The notes: generated from the letters alone by a model not told the origin. 64,000 nt of DNA from Caldisericia bacterium (GCA_035363255.1 DAOSES010000007.1:2723-66722); one strand, 5' to 3'. Positions 34,649-45,247 are shown, counted from the stretch's first letter. Numbers and translations: made by a program.

Positions 34649-36076
34649 TCACACCCATTTCTTTAAAAATAGCTGGTATCTACGCTTAATTTCATCCCTA
34701 CCAATCAAAACAAGTGTCTCAAAAAGTGAGGGAGAAAGCAAGCGACCAGTAGCACAAAATCGTACTATCCTTACTGCATCTTTTTTTGATACTTGCTGCT
34801 TAAGCAATACTTCATCGAAGAGCTTCTCTGCGTAGTCTAACTCAAGTTTCGAGGCTTCCAGAAGCTTAAGCAGGTACTCATTTAAAAATGATATGTTTTG
34901 GCTTGTGATAAGGCTTGCTTGCTCCTTGGGATCGATTTCTTGGATTGAATACTCACTGAAAGGAAGCAAGAGATCATAAAAATCATGAATGGATTTTGCC
35001 TGGTGTTTGCTTAGAGAAATAATTTGCAGAATTTTCTCCTCACTCAGATCTATGGTCTTTATCGAGTTTTGAATGAGAGGGTAAAGTTCGCTACTGGACG
35101 ATTCTTGAATAACTTTTCGGTTGGTCCAGTTTAACTTGTGAAGATCAAATATAGATGGAGAAGAAGAAACGCGAGATAAATCAAACTGATCAATCATGTC
35201 TTGAAGACTGGGAAGTTCATTGGAGTTTGTGACTGGGTAGCCTAAATGAAATAGGTAGACTACCAATGCTCGGGGTAATATTCCCAAAGCCTTAAACTCT
35301 TCAATTGAAGTTTCTCCATGTCTTTTGCTGAGTTTTGCCTTGTCTGGACCAAGAATAAGTGGAAGATGAGCAAATTGAGGAATAGGAAAACCCAAAGCAT
35401 GGTAAAGAGCTATTTGTTTGGGAGTGTTGCTTAGATGATCTTCGCCTCTAATCACATGGCTTATTTTCATCATAGCATCATCAACCACAACAGCTAAATG
35501 ATAGGTGGGAGTGTTGTCTTGACGAAACAAAACAAAATCCCCTATTCCCTCTGTTTTGAAAACAAGCTCTCCTTTGATAAGATCATTGAATTTGATCGTA
35601 TTGGCATCAGATAGCTTGAGGCGAATCGTATGCGGAAAGCCCTGGGATATCTTTTCCATGGCCTCATGATAAGGGATATTTCTGCAGGTTCCGGGGTAGC
35701 TTGTATCCAGACCCTGGTTTTTTTGATTTTCTTTTTGTTGCTCACACTCATATCGAGAGCAAAAACATGGATATGCTTTTCCACTTTCAAGGAGCTTATT
35801 TTTGATCTCTTGATAGAATTCATGACGTTGAGATTGGTAGTAGGGACCCTCATTCCAGCTTATGCCAAGCCATTCAAGCATTTGAAGTATTGCGTTCGAG
35901 TGAATTTCGTTGGAACGTTGGGTGTCGGTGTCCTCGATGCGTAATATCAGTATGCCATGATGATGATTCGCATATAGGAAGTTAAGCAAGGCTGTTCGAG
36001 CACTCCCCAAATGCAAGCTCCCGCTCGGGGACGGAGCAAAGCGAACACGAATCGATTCTTTACTCATCATAATCAT
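34649..36076 (-). CDS. gltX: glutamyl-tRNA synthetase
   Basis: VRFAPSPSGSLHLGSARTAL (HIGH-type) and KLSKR (KMSKS-type) motifs. Confidence 0.95.
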   Translation of the reverse strand: MIMMSKESIRVRFAPSPSGSLHLGSARTALLNFLYANHHHGILILRIEDTDTQRSNEIHSNAILQMLEWLGISWNEGPYYQSQRHEFYQEIKNKLLESGKAYPCFCSRYECEQQKENQKNQGLDTSYPGTCRNIPYHEAMEKISQGFPHTIRLKLSDANTIKFNDLIKGELVFKTEGIGDFVLFRQDNTPTYHLAVVVDDAMMKISHVIRGEDHLSNTPKQIALYHALGFPIPQFAHLPLILGPDKAKLSKRHGETSIEEFKALGILPRALVVYLFHLGYPVTNSNELPSLQDMIDQFDLSRVSSSPSIFDLHKLNWTNRKVIQESSSSELYPLIQNSIKTIDLSEEKILQIISLSKHQAKSIHDFYDLLLPFSEYSIQEIDPKEQASLITSQNISFLNEYLLKLLEASKLELDYAEKLFDEVLLKQQVSKKDAVRIVRFCATGRLLSPSLFETLVLIGRDEIKRRYQLFLKKWV

Positions 36077-36139
36077 TTAAAACTACTAAATTCTTCATCT
36101 ATTTTAAGATATATTGTACTGATTCCTTGTGTTTTTTAA

Positions 36140-36173
36140 AAATAAAAAAAGCCCGACCGTTGGACTGTCGGGC
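36140..36173 (-). terminator. rho-independent terminator of the 36192-37352 gene
   Basis: Minus strand: GCCCGAC, 9-nt loop, GTCGGGC, followed by TTTTTTT. Confidence 0.75.
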
Positions 36174-36191
36174 TTGATAGACAGATTCTGT

Positions 36192-37352
36192 TTACTTTTT
36201 TGGAGCTATAGCGTATTTGTTGCGTGAGAACATAAAGTTTAAGAAGCTGGGTCTCACCAATTGAGCAGCTTTGAAAGGACATCGATCGACACATTCGAGA
36301 CAAGCAATACAATGAGAAGTAGCGCCATGCTCGTATAGTTTGATATCCATGGGACATACCTTCCAGCAAACATTGCATTTTTCGCCTTTACACTTTACTT
36401 TGTCAACCACCACGCGAACAGCGGAGAAGTAGTTAAAGCCAGAGTAGATAAAGCCTATTGGACAGGCAAATTTACAAAACACTCTTTTGGAAAGCATGGT
36501 GACCCATAATAACAATATAAGGGTAGAGATTTTTAAGCCAAACATGACTTGTCCCATACCTCTGATATCTTGATAGGAAGCCATACCATAGGGAATGAAG
36601 GGGGAATTTCTGGCAAGACCAAAGAGAGGAAACATGTCTTTTGGTAGTGCATTGATGAGGAATTGGGGAATTGCTGCAAAAGTGGTTCCTGAAGGGCATA
36701 CCTTGCAAAACCACGGGCCACCAGTATTTAAAACTGGATCCACTACAAATAGAGGGAAGATAAGAAAAGGAAAGAGAAAGAAGAAGAAACGACCCCAATT
36801 GGAAAGCTTAACACTGATAGTGAATTTTTTAAACTTAAGGAAAAACAACACAAATATTGCTCCAAAGATACCGAGGTATCGTCCTACCCAGGCAAGCATA
36901 CCTATTATATCTTTGCTTTTGATCATGTTTCTGAGAGACATGGGAGCAAACATCGGTGAGGTCCAAACCAGATAGACTACTAAAAAAGCAAAAAGCGTAA
37001 CAATAATCCATTTTGTGATGCTACGCATACGATAGACTATATCTTGAAGATAGCCAAAAGGACAGAGCCATCCACAGACCATTCGACCAAACAATGCGCC
37101 AATAAGAAGGAAAATACCCAGTACAAAGAAGGGGAAGTGACCTGTATTGAAAAAATGCTGGAAGGTTCCAGCAGGACAAGCGCCTGGGGCAAAAGGATCA
37201 GACCAGCATACCAACCAGGGCATAGGGATTCGTTTGAGAATAATAGGGGGAAGGGTGGCTAAAAAATAAAAAATACCTGTCCCAAATAAAAAACCAAAAA
37301 GCTGTACTTTGTTTTTTAATGCGCGATTGAGGTATTTATTGTTTTGTGACAT
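36192..37352 (-). CDS. NapH/MauN-type membrane polyferredoxin (4Fe-4S binding)
   Basis: Membrane CxxxCP motifs (CGWLCPFGYLQD, CKFACPIGFIY) plus C-terminal ferredoxin motifs (CNVCWKVCP, CIACLECVDRCP). Confidence 0.8.
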   Translation of the reverse strand: MSQNNKYLNRALKNKVQLFGFLFGTGIFYFLATLPPIILKRIPMPWLVCWSDPFAPGACPAGTFQHFFNTGHFPFFVLGIFLLIGALFGRMVCGWLCPFGYLQDIVYRMRSITKWIIVTLFAFLVVYLVWTSPMFAPMSLRNMIKSKDIIGMLAWVGRYLGIFGAIFVLFFLKFKKFTISVKLSNWGRFFFFLFPFLIFPLFVVDPVLNTGGPWFCKVCPSGTTFAAIPQFLINALPKDMFPLFGLARNSPFIPYGMASYQDIRGMGQVMFGLKISTLILLLWVTMLSKRVFCKFACPIGFIYSGFNYFSAVRVVVDKVKCKGEKCNVCWKVCPMDIKLYEHGATSHCIACLECVDRCPFKAAQLVRPSFLNFMFSRNKYAIAPKK

Positions 37353-37665
37353 TTCTTACCTCCAAAAGCTTATAAACTGCTAAAAATACTGCTAAATATA
37401 TGGAAAGATCGAGCAAAGTCCCAAATTTGATTTTTCCAAGACCTATACACGAAAGACATAAGGCCATAGCAGTGGAGAAAATGGATTGTAATTGACTCTC
37501 GTAGGTGTGACCCAAGAGAGATTCAAACAAACCAGCTCCAACCAGAACAAAAATAATTCCGAGCAAAAATACAATCACGTAAAGAAATCCGGATTTTTTT
37601 TCTTGCAAGACAGGTGGGCTTGTCTTTTTGTCCTGCCCTTGTACTTTTTTGTCAAGCTCTGGCAT
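37336..37665 (-). CDS. small hypothetical membrane protein
   Basis: 109-aa ORF with a Lys-rich N-terminus and about three hydrophobic helices. 17-nt overlap with the polyferredoxin gene. Confidence 0.45.
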   Translation of the reverse strand: MPELDKKVQGQDKKTSPPVLQEKKSGFLYVIVFLLGIIFVLVGAGLFESLLGHTYESQLQSIFSTAMALCLSCIGLGKIKFGTLLDLSIYLAVFLAVYKLLEVRNVTKQ

Positions 37666-37737
37666 AGTTTTATCCTTTCCGAAAATTATAAACTTACATA
37701 ATCCTGCTTTTCTGTTATGCTTTTTATAGCAGTCTTT

Positions 37738-37765
37738 TTGACAGTTTCAAGAGAAAAAGTATAAT
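37738..37765 (+). promoter_or_regulatory. consensus sigma70 promoter of efp
   Basis: TTGACA at 37738-37743, 16-nt spacer, TATAAT at 37760-37765. GGAGG at 37784-37788 lies 7 nt before ATG 37796. Confidence 0.6.
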
Positions 37766-37795
37766 TTCGTTCACAAGTTGTATGGAGGTTTTTGC

Positions 37796-38359
37796 ATGAT
37801 TACTGCGAATGAATTGCGAAATGGTAAAGCTTTCGAATTAGATGGAGAACTCTTTGTAGTTACTTCGTTTCAACATATTAAGCCAGGCAAGGGTTCTCCC
37901 TTTGTCCGAATAAAAATGCGTGGCATCAAAAGCAACTCCACTATAGAGCGCACCTTTAGACCTGACGAAAAGATACAAGATGCCTATCTTGAAAACAAAA
38001 AAATGCAATATTTATACAAAGATGGTGACCATTACGTTTTTATGGATACTGAAAGCTACGAGCAGCTCTCATTGTCAGAAAAAGAGCTTGAAGAAGAATC
38101 CTCCTACCTTATTGAAAACAACTTTGTTGACATATTGTTTTACAACGATCAAGCCATCGGAGTAGAGCTACCTACCAGTATCAACCTTCGAGTCACTCGC
38201 ACCGAACCTGGCTACCGCGGCGACACTGCTCAAGGTGGAAGCAAGCCAGCCACTCTTGAAACCGGTCTCGAAATTCAAGTTCCGCTTTTTATTGAAGAGG
38301 GTGATCTATTGAAAGTCGATACCCGTAGTGGAGAGTATATTGAACGGGTCAATAGCTAA
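37796..38359 (+). CDS. efp: elongation factor P
   Basis: MITANELRNGK...HIKPGKGSPFVRIKMR...GDTAQGGSKPATLETG motifs. Confidence 0.95.
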   Translation: MITANELRNGKAFELDGELFVVTSFQHIKPGKGSPFVRIKMRGIKSNSTIERTFRPDEKIQDAYLENKKMQYLYKDGDHYVFMDTESYEQLSLSEKELEEESSYLIENNFVDILFYNDQAIGVELPTSINLRVTRTEPGYRGDTAQGGSKPATLETGLEIQVPLFIEEGDLLKVDTRSGEYIERVNS

Positions 38360-38370
38360 CAAGCTCCAAT

Positions 38371-38820
38371 ATGTCCGACTTTTCAAATGCCATCAACCAA
38401 GAATTGCATGACAGAGTCTTTGTACTGCTATACCAAAGCGAATTTCGAAATGATCCCATTGACATACTCAATGAAATGACTTTCTCTGATGATTTTGTGA
38501 TGTTGCCTATCAACGCTCCTGTAATCCGTCTTGTTCAGGAAATCCTTGAGAAAAAGTTTGAGCTTGACGCTATCATCGAGAAATTTCTTGTCAACTGGAC
38601 GATGGACCGTATCACCACCAGCGATAAAGAGGTGCTAAGAATAGGCATTTACCAGCTTTTATTCCGCCCCGAGCAAGATCCAAGAATTGTGATTGACCGA
38701 TCAGTTCGAATTGCAAAAAAATATGGTGACAAAGATTCTGGCAAATTTGTCAATGGCTTACTCGGAGCAATCTATCGAAAACATGTGCAAGAACAAAATC
38801 ATCCAGACCCTGATACCTAA
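38371..38820 (+). CDS. nusB: transcription antitermination factor NusB
   Basis: 149 aa. NusB-like helices (RVFVLLYQSEF..., DKEVLRIGIYQLLF, AKKYGDKDSGKFVNGLLG). Confidence 0.85.
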   Translation: MSDFSNAINQELHDRVFVLLYQSEFRNDPIDILNEMTFSDDFVMLPINAPVIRLVQEILEKKFELDAIIEKFLVNWTMDRITTSDKEVLRIGIYQLLFRPEQDPRIVIDRSVRIAKKYGDKDSGKFVNGLLGAIYRKHVQEQNHPDPDT

Positions 38821-38852
38821 TTCCTTTTAAATATTAAAAAAAGGAGCTTGTT

Positions 38853-39722
38853 ATGTTTGATTTAAATGAGATGGATGCTTTTTTTCATGAAAAACGGCAA
38901 AAAGTGGAGCAATCTCTTCAAGTTTGCATGGACGAACTCAAAGAAAAAACAGTCCTTTATGCTTCGATTTCCTATAGTTTGTTTTCCAGCGGAAAAAGAA
39001 TCAGACCCCTTCTGCTAATATCTGCCTACGAAACCCTATCTTCAGGGAAGGATATTCAAAAAGCCATGATTCCTGCTTGTGCTATTGAGCTTATTCATAC
39101 CTACTCCCTGATTCATGATGATTTGCCCTGTATGGACAATAGCGATACGCGAAGAGGCAAACCAAGCAACCACATCCTGTATGGAGAAGATGTTGCTTTG
39201 CTGGCAGGAGACGCACTTCTCACCCATGCTTTTACGCTTTTATCGAGCGCAGATACCCAAAGCACTCTAAATCCAAGTCAAGTGGTCGAGTTGATTCAAT
39301 GTCTTTCACAACATAGTGGAATAGCTGGCATGGTGGAGGGTCAAGCTTTCGAGTTGATGCAACAAGACATGAAAATAGAAAGCTTGCATTACATCGACGA
39401 GCACAAGACAGCTGCGTTGTTTTCGTCTGCTCTCATTATGGGAGCCATTCTCGCTGAAGCTCCCACAAACATTAAAGACACTATGGGCAAATTAGGTCGA
39501 TCCTTCGGTCATGCCTTCCAAATAGCTGATGATCTGGCAGATTACCAAGAAGGCGATACTGCACCCAATATCGTAAAACTGATAGGCAAAGAAAAAAGCC
39601 TCGACTTATACCATCACTACCTTAAAGAAGTCAATTCCTATCTCGACCATCTTCGACCTATATATCCCTATGCATCTCTCTACAACATCATGCTCCTGAT
39701 GCAGGAAAAAGCAAAGTTCTAA
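38853..39722 (+). CDS. ispA: short-chain polyprenyl (farnesyl/geranylgeranyl) diphosphate synthase
   Basis: First Asp-rich motif LIHDDLPCMDNSDTRRG, second Asp-rich motif FQIADDLAD. Confidence 0.85.
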   Translation: MFDLNEMDAFFHEKRQKVEQSLQVCMDELKEKTVLYASISYSLFSSGKRIRPLLLISAYETLSSGKDIQKAMIPACAIELIHTYSLIHDDLPCMDNSDTRRGKPSNHILYGEDVALLAGDALLTHAFTLLSSADTQSTLNPSQVVELIQCLSQHSGIAGMVEGQAFELMQQDMKIESLHYIDEHKTAALFSSALIMGAILAEAPTNIKDTMGKLGRSFGHAFQIADDLADYQEGDTAPNIVKLIGKEKSLDLYHHYLKEVNSYLDHLRPIYPYASLYNIMLLMQEKAKF

Positions 39723-39726
39723 AAAA

Positions 39727-41574
39727 ATGAAAAAAGAAGCTCTTGATTTTATTAGAAAAGCCACTGAAATTGAGCTTTATCAGCTTTGTGATGAGCTAAG
39801 AAATCTGATTATCCAAACGGTATCAAAGCATGGGGGTCATTTGTCTTCCAATCTTGGAGTCATTGAGCTTACAGTTGCCTTGTTAAAGTGTTTTGATCCC
39901 CTGATAGACGATATCTTGTTTGATGTTGGCCATCAATCGTATGCCTACAAAATTTTATGTGATCGATGGGACCAGTTTTCTGGATTAAGGCAGGAGGGTG
40001 GTATCAGTGGTTTTCCCGACCCCCGTGAAAGCCCTTTTGATAAATTTATCTCTGGGCATTCCAGCACTGCTCTGGCTATAGCTTCGGGTTTTGCCATTCA
40101 AAAAAAGCTAGAACAAAGGTCCTCTCATACCATTGCTATCTTTGGAGATGGCTCCATTACTGGGGGAGAAGCTTTCGAATCCCTCAACAATATAGGTCAT
40201 CACCAACTTCCCTTAATCGCCATCTTAAACGACAATGAAATGTCGATATCACAAAATGTAGGGGCTATGGCAAAAGCTTTTTCACGTTTTCGAAGCAGTC
40301 AAACCTACTATAAGCTCCGAAAAAGTTATAAACAACACCTTCGACAATGGGGAGGTTTTGGTAGCTTTCTCGAACAAGTTGGAGAAAAAGCCAAATCAAT
40401 GATCAAACAAGCCTTATTCCCAGAAATGTTTTTTGAAGAGTTTGGTTTTTTCTATATTGGTCCAGTCGATGGTCACAATATCAGCGAAATGTGTGAAATG
40501 TTTCAACGAGCAAAAAGTATCAACAAACCAGTCTTGATCCATACCTATACCCGCAAGGGCAAGGGTTTTCATTATGCAGAAAGCAATCCAATACTATTTC
40601 ACAGTTCTCCTTCATTTATCATCGAAAATGAATGTTGCAAAACCAAGCCCAGTGGTGAAACATTTTCTCAAATTTTCGGGAGCACTCTGCTGGAGATAGC
40701 CAACGAAAACTCAAAAGTCATAGGCCTTACTGCAGCTATGTCGGAGGGCCTTTGCATGTGTGAGTTTGCAAAACATCATCCTGATCGTTTTTTTGATTGT
40801 GGGATCGCTGAACAGCACATGGTATCCTCTGCCTGTGGAATGGCTCACAAGGGTTTACGCCCTATAGTCGGTATCTATGCTACCTTTTTACAAAGAGCGT
40901 ATGATCAGATCATTCACGATTGCTGTATACTTAAAGAAACTGTGATATTCGCTGTTGATCGAGCTGGAGCAGTTTCTGATGATGGCCCAACACATCAGGG
41001 TATCTTTGATTTATGCAGTCTGATTCCAATACCAAATACTATTCTCCTTGCTCCATCCAATGCAGATGAATTAAAAAAAATGATGCAATGGTCGCTTGCT
41101 CAAGATCAGGGCCCCATCTTCATCCGCTACCCCAAGGAGACTGCCCCCCAGGATATAGATCCCTTACCCATCCAACTGGGACAAGCATCCTGCCTTAAAG
41201 AGGGAAGTGATTTAAGTATCGTTTTCCTGGGTCCCTTTAAAGATTTAAGCTTTGAGGTAGCTCAAAAGCTTGAAAAAAATCATATTTATCCTCGAATTGT
41301 TAATGCTCGTTTCGCAAAACCCTTTGATCAGAGAATGATCTTGAAGTGTGCTCAAGAAACACGTTTGATGGTTACAATTGAAGATGGGATATTGGAGGGA
41401 GGCTTTGGTCATCAAATCAGCACTTTCCTTTCCCATCACCACCCCATACCTCATATCCATTTTGCTTTAGGATCTGTTTTTCCCACCACAATGAAAAGAA
41501 AAAAAATATTAGAGCTTTCCGGAATTTCTGTAGATAATATATACCAAAGCATTCTTAAAATAATGGAAAGTTGA
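39727..41574 (+). CDS. dxs: 1-deoxy-D-xylulose-5-phosphate synthase
   Basis: GGHLSSNLGVIELTVAL, the TPP-binding GDGSITGGEAFESLN, and DRFFDCGIAEQH. Confidence 0.95.
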   Translation: MKKEALDFIRKATEIELYQLCDELRNLIIQTVSKHGGHLSSNLGVIELTVALLKCFDPLIDDILFDVGHQSYAYKILCDRWDQFSGLRQEGGISGFPDPRESPFDKFISGHSSTALAIASGFAIQKKLEQRSSHTIAIFGDGSITGGEAFESLNNIGHHQLPLIAILNDNEMSISQNVGAMAKAFSRFRSSQTYYKLRKSYKQHLRQWGGFGSFLEQVGEKAKSMIKQALFPEMFFEEFGFFYIGPVDGHNISEMCEMFQRAKSINKPVLIHTYTRKGKGFHYAESNPILFHSSPSFIIENECCKTKPSGETFSQIFGSTLLEIANENSKVIGLTAAMSEGLCMCEFAKHHPDRFFDCGIAEQHMVSSACGMAHKGLRPIVGIYATFLQRAYDQIIHDCCILKETVIFAVDRAGAVSDDGPTHQGIFDLCSLIPIPNTILLAPSNADELKKMMQWSLAQDQGPIFIRYPKETAPQDIDPLPIQLGQASCLKEGSDLSIVFLGPFKDLSFEVAQKLEKNHIYPRIVNARFAKPFDQRMILKCAQETRLMVTIEDGILEGGFGHQISTFLSHHHPIPHIHFALGSVFPTTMKRKKILELSGISVDNIYQSILKIMES

Positions 41575-41583
41575 GGCTTTGGT

Positions 41584-42432
41584 TTGAGAATTGGGATTTA
41601 TTTTCGAAAACGGATTGATCATTTAATACGTATCGCACACAACATCGCCAGCTTTGTTACTTCAAAAGGTTCTGAAGTGCTTGTCGCCCCAGAGATACAG
41701 GATATATTTCCTCAACATCCCATTTATAAAAATCAAGACTCCGGGCAGAAACCTGACCTTTTACTCAGCCTTGGAGGTGATGGCACTTTCCTCCATGCCG
41801 CTCAATATGCTCTTATGGAAGATCTTCCCATCATAGGTATCAACTTTGGATTTACCGGTTTTTTGACCAATATCGAAAAAGAGGAAATATTCCAGTCCCT
41901 GGAACTAATTCTCGAAGGTAAATTTGCAATCGAATCCAGCTCCTCTCTCAAATCCAGCATCCAACGCAATGGAGAGCTGGTTAAAACCTACGCCTGCCTT
42001 AATGATTTTGTTCTCCAAAAAGATCCCATCGAAAAAATACTATCCATTGAAGTCTATCTGGGTTCGCAGAAAATTGCTTCTTTCAGAGGCGATGGCATCA
42101 TTATCTCCACTCCTTCAGGATCTACTGCATATTCTCTTTCAGCGGGGGGTCCCGTAGTTGATCCCACCTGTAAAGTGTATGTCCTTACTCCTCTTTGTTC
42201 TCATAAGCTTAGCGGAAGGTCATTGATTGTTCCTGAAAAAGAAAAAATCTTCATCAATGTTTTTACCAAAGGAGACAAAACCCGCTTTATACGAGATGGA
42301 ACTTCTGAATTTATCCTCAAAGATCTTGATAGAATTTCCATTCAGCGTCATCATCGTTCATTAAAAATGATTGTGCTCCAGGAAAAGAATTTTTATCACA
42401 CATTAAACCAAAAGTTTCAATGGGGTTTTTGA
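41584..42432 (+). CDS. nadK: NAD kinase
   Basis: GGDGTFLHAA and STPSGSTAYSLSAGGP motifs. TTG start. Confidence 0.9.
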   Translation: MRIGIYFRKRIDHLIRIAHNIASFVTSKGSEVLVAPEIQDIFPQHPIYKNQDSGQKPDLLLSLGGDGTFLHAAQYALMEDLPIIGINFGFTGFLTNIEKEEIFQSLELILEGKFAIESSSSLKSSIQRNGELVKTYACLNDFVLQKDPIEKILSIEVYLGSQKIASFRGDGIIISTPSGSTAYSLSAGGPVVDPTCKVYVLTPLCSHKLSGRSLIVPEKEKIFINVFTKGDKTRFIRDGTSEFILKDLDRISIQRHHRSLKMIVLQEKNFYHTLNQKFQWGF

Positions 42433-42435
42433 GTC

Positions 42436-44157
42436 TTGATTAAAGAAATTCACATCCATCGTTTTATTTTGAGCCGCGACATACTCCTCATACCTGGAGA
42501 AGGTCTAAACGTATTCAGCGGGGAAACAGGGGCAGGTAAAACCCTTATTCTCAACGCTATCCGCTTTGGTCTGGGTGATTCTACCAACAAAGAACAAATT
42601 TACCATCCCAGCGAAAGCCCCCATGTCCAGATTACCTTTGCCATTCCTCGTGAAATGCATCACAATGAAGACGAATTCCCCTATACTGAATCTGAATGGG
42701 TTTGCGAACGTTACCTTAGCTCCTCGGGAAAAAACAGAACCAAAATCAATGGGGTGATGGTTCCTATAAAAGAGTACAAGCGGATTCTGAAAAAATTGAT
42801 ATCCATACATGGTCAGCATGATACCAGCCACTTGTTTTCCAAAAAAAACCAACTTCAGCTGTTTGATCGATTTTTTGGCAAAGAGTTTTCAGAACATTTA
42901 AGTTTCATTCAAAAAAACAGAAACCTTTATCTCCATAGCAAGGAAGAGCTCCTCGCTTGGCAAGAATCAGAAAAAGAGCGCATAAACGAAATAGATTTTA
43001 TCACTTATCAGATTAATGAAATTGAAGCTGCCAAGCTAAACCAAAGTGAAGAAGAGAGTCTCATGGCAGAAAGAGATATTCTTGCCAATTCACAGCGAAT
43101 TATCGAAACTTTATCCAAAATTCAACAACTTTTTAACGAAGCCAATCGGCAGGGTTTTTCTATTGAACAAACTTTTCACCGGTGCATCCAGCTTTTATCA
43201 AGTATCTCAGACTATACTCCCAACTTAAAACAAAGTTTTGAATCGCTCCAAACCTGCTCTTCCATCCTCAAAGACCTATTGCACGACTGGAGCAGGGAGC
43301 GAGAGCTTATTGAAAGCAACTATAATCTTCAACGCTTGGATCAAGTGCTTAGCCGTATTGACCTGATTCAAAACCTTAAGCGAAAATACGGGAATTCGAT
43401 TGCTGAAATATCTTCAACGCAAATGCATCTTAAAGACAAACTTCAAAACCTGGAACAAGCTCAAAACAAACGTGATCATTTGAGCCATCTGCTTAATGAC
43501 TTAGAACAGAGTTTAAGCTTTCATGCTTCAGAACTGAGTTTCAAACGAAAATCTTTAAAATCGAAATTTGAAGAAGAAGTAAGTAAAGAATTAGCTGATC
43601 TCGGAATGGACAAGATACGTTTCGAAGTCTCCCTCGACATGGAGTTACGTGACAGTGTTAGCTCCCTTCCCATTGACCAACAAAATGTTTTCTTGCATGA
43701 TAATGGAATAGACAGCTTGAGTTTCCTTATTTCAACCAATCCTGGGCAGGCTTTGTTGCCTCTCGCCAAAATTGCTTCTGGCGGTGAACTCTCCCGCATT
43801 ATGCTCGCTATTCAAAGCATGCTTGGGAAAGTCGATCAAACTCCCAGTCTCGTTTTTGATGAAATAGACACAGGCATAGGAGGACAAATAGCACATAGCA
43901 TCGGAGATAAACTTCAATCATTAGCCACCAACCATCAGCTTATTTGTATTACCCACCTTCCCCAGATTGCAGCTAAAGCTCATGTACATTTCAATATTAG
44001 CAAAAACACAACAAAAGATCACACTTTCATTCAGTTAAACCGCTTAAACGAAGAGGAACGAATCAAAGAAATCAGCCGAATGATTGGTGGAAATGAAGAT
44101 TCCGAGATATCCTATATGCATGCAAAAGAAATGTTAAACAGAGGAAAACATGAATAA
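42436..44157 (+). CDS. recN: DNA repair protein RecN
   Basis: Walker A GETGAGKTLI, long coiled-coil middle region, SGGELSRIMLAI, and Walker B LVFDEIDTGIGG. Confidence 0.9.
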   Translation: MIKEIHIHRFILSRDILLIPGEGLNVFSGETGAGKTLILNAIRFGLGDSTNKEQIYHPSESPHVQITFAIPREMHHNEDEFPYTESEWVCERYLSSSGKNRTKINGVMVPIKEYKRILKKLISIHGQHDTSHLFSKKNQLQLFDRFFGKEFSEHLSFIQKNRNLYLHSKEELLAWQESEKERINEIDFITYQINEIEAAKLNQSEEESLMAERDILANSQRIIETLSKIQQLFNEANRQGFSIEQTFHRCIQLLSSISDYTPNLKQSFESLQTCSSILKDLLHDWSRERELIESNYNLQRLDQVLSRIDLIQNLKRKYGNSIAEISSTQMHLKDKLQNLEQAQNKRDHLSHLLNDLEQSLSFHASELSFKRKSLKSKFEEEVSKELADLGMDKIRFEVSLDMELRDSVSSLPIDQQNVFLHDNGIDSLSFLISTNPGQALLPLAKIASGGELSRIMLAIQSMLGKVDQTPSLVFDEIDTGIGGQIAHSIGDKLQSLATNHQLICITHLPQIAAKAHVHFNISKNTTKDHTFIQLNRLNEEERIKEISRMIGGNEDSEISYMHAKEMLNRGKHE

Positions 44158-45247
44158 ACCAAAACAAACTGCAATCATTGTAGGGGACCGCAATACTCCC
44201 CAAACCACCAACGAGATGGAGCTATTGCTAAAAACTTTAAACATTGAAAGTGAAGTCATTTTTCCAGTGGATTTAAGTAAGATCCATCCTGCTACCTTTA
44301 TCACCAAAGGCAAACTGGAAGAGCTCAAAAACCTTGCTTTAGCCCTTAAAATTGACCTGATTGTATTCGACGATGAGCTTTCCTATACACAAATACGCAA
44401 CTTAAGCAGAACGACCAATGTGCTCATTGTGGATCGACCAAGAATTATTTTAGATATCTTTGCTTCCCGAGCCACCACCAAAGAAGGTAAAATTCAAGTT
44501 GAATTAGCTATTCTCCGAAAACGACTTCCTGAAATTGTCCATCAAAACAAAGCTTTCGATCAACAAGTCGGTTTTATCGGTGGAAAAGGACCTGGAGAAC
44601 GCAAGGCAGAAATTACTCGACGCTCTATCTATCAAAAGATACATCAACACAAGATTCAACTCAAAACCCTCGAAAAACAACGAAAAACTAAACGTGACAA
44701 ACGTATTGATTCCGATCTGCTTCTCATATCCATTGTTGGCTATACCAATGCCGGGAAATCCACCCTATTTAATGCTTTAACTCGAGATCAAACACCTACC
44801 GATGATTTGTTGTTTCACACCCTCGAGACCAAAACCCGTCAAGGCTATCTCAATAAAAGCATTGGAAACGTGCTTTTTAGTGATACCGTTGGCTTCATAA
44901 GAAAACTACCTCACGAATTGGTTGAAGCTTTCAAAGGAACGCTTGAGGAAATACAATTCGCAGATCTGATTATGATTGTGCTTGATGTATCAGACCCTGA
45001 CTTTCCCATACATTTAAATACCGTTTATCAGACTCTAAAGGACTTGAAAGCCGATCACATTGATCAGTTATTGATTTATAATAAAGCAGATTTGTATCCT
45101 GAAAAAACCAACTTCAACTCTCTCGTCAAACAATACGGAGACGGAATCTTGATTTCAGCTTTATCCAAAGAAGGTCTGCCTGAGTTAAAACAAAAAATCA
45201 CCCAAAAGATAGAAGATAGAATTAACAAAAAGACTAATGAAGCTTGA
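44150..45247 (+). CDS. hflX: GTPase HflX
   Basis: HflX N-domain (RPRIILDIFASRA, ELAILRKRLPEI). G motifs GYTNAGKSTLFNAL, DTVGF and NKAD. Confidence 0.9.
   Translation: MNKPKQTAIIVGDRNTPQTTNEMELLLKTLNIESEVIFPVDLSKIHPATFITKGKLEELKNLALALKIDLIVFDDELSYTQIRNLSRTTNVLIVDRPRIILDIFASRATTKEGKIQVELAILRKRLPEIVHQNKAFDQQVGFIGGKGPGERKAEITRRSIYQKIHQHKIQLKTLEKQRKTKRDKRIDSDLLLISIVGYTNAGKSTLFNALTRDQTPTDDLLFHTLETKTRQGYLNKSIGNVLFSDTVGFIRKLPHELVEAFKGTLEEIQFADLIMIVLDVSDPDFPIHLNTVYQTLKDLKADHIDQLLIYNKADLYPEKTNFNSLVKQYGDGILISALSKEGLPELKQKITQKIEDRINKKTNEA

Noticed and set aside
32275-34689. Numerous 60-135-aa plus-strand ORFs antisense to the second PBP gene.
   Set aside because: All lie inside a CDS with complete GT51 and transpeptidase motifs. 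None has an SD or a recognisable fold signature.
36077-36139. Possible T-box leader upstream of gltX.
   Set aside because: Only about 60 nt separate the upstream terminator from the gltX start. That is far too short for a T-box, and no T-box sequence is visible.
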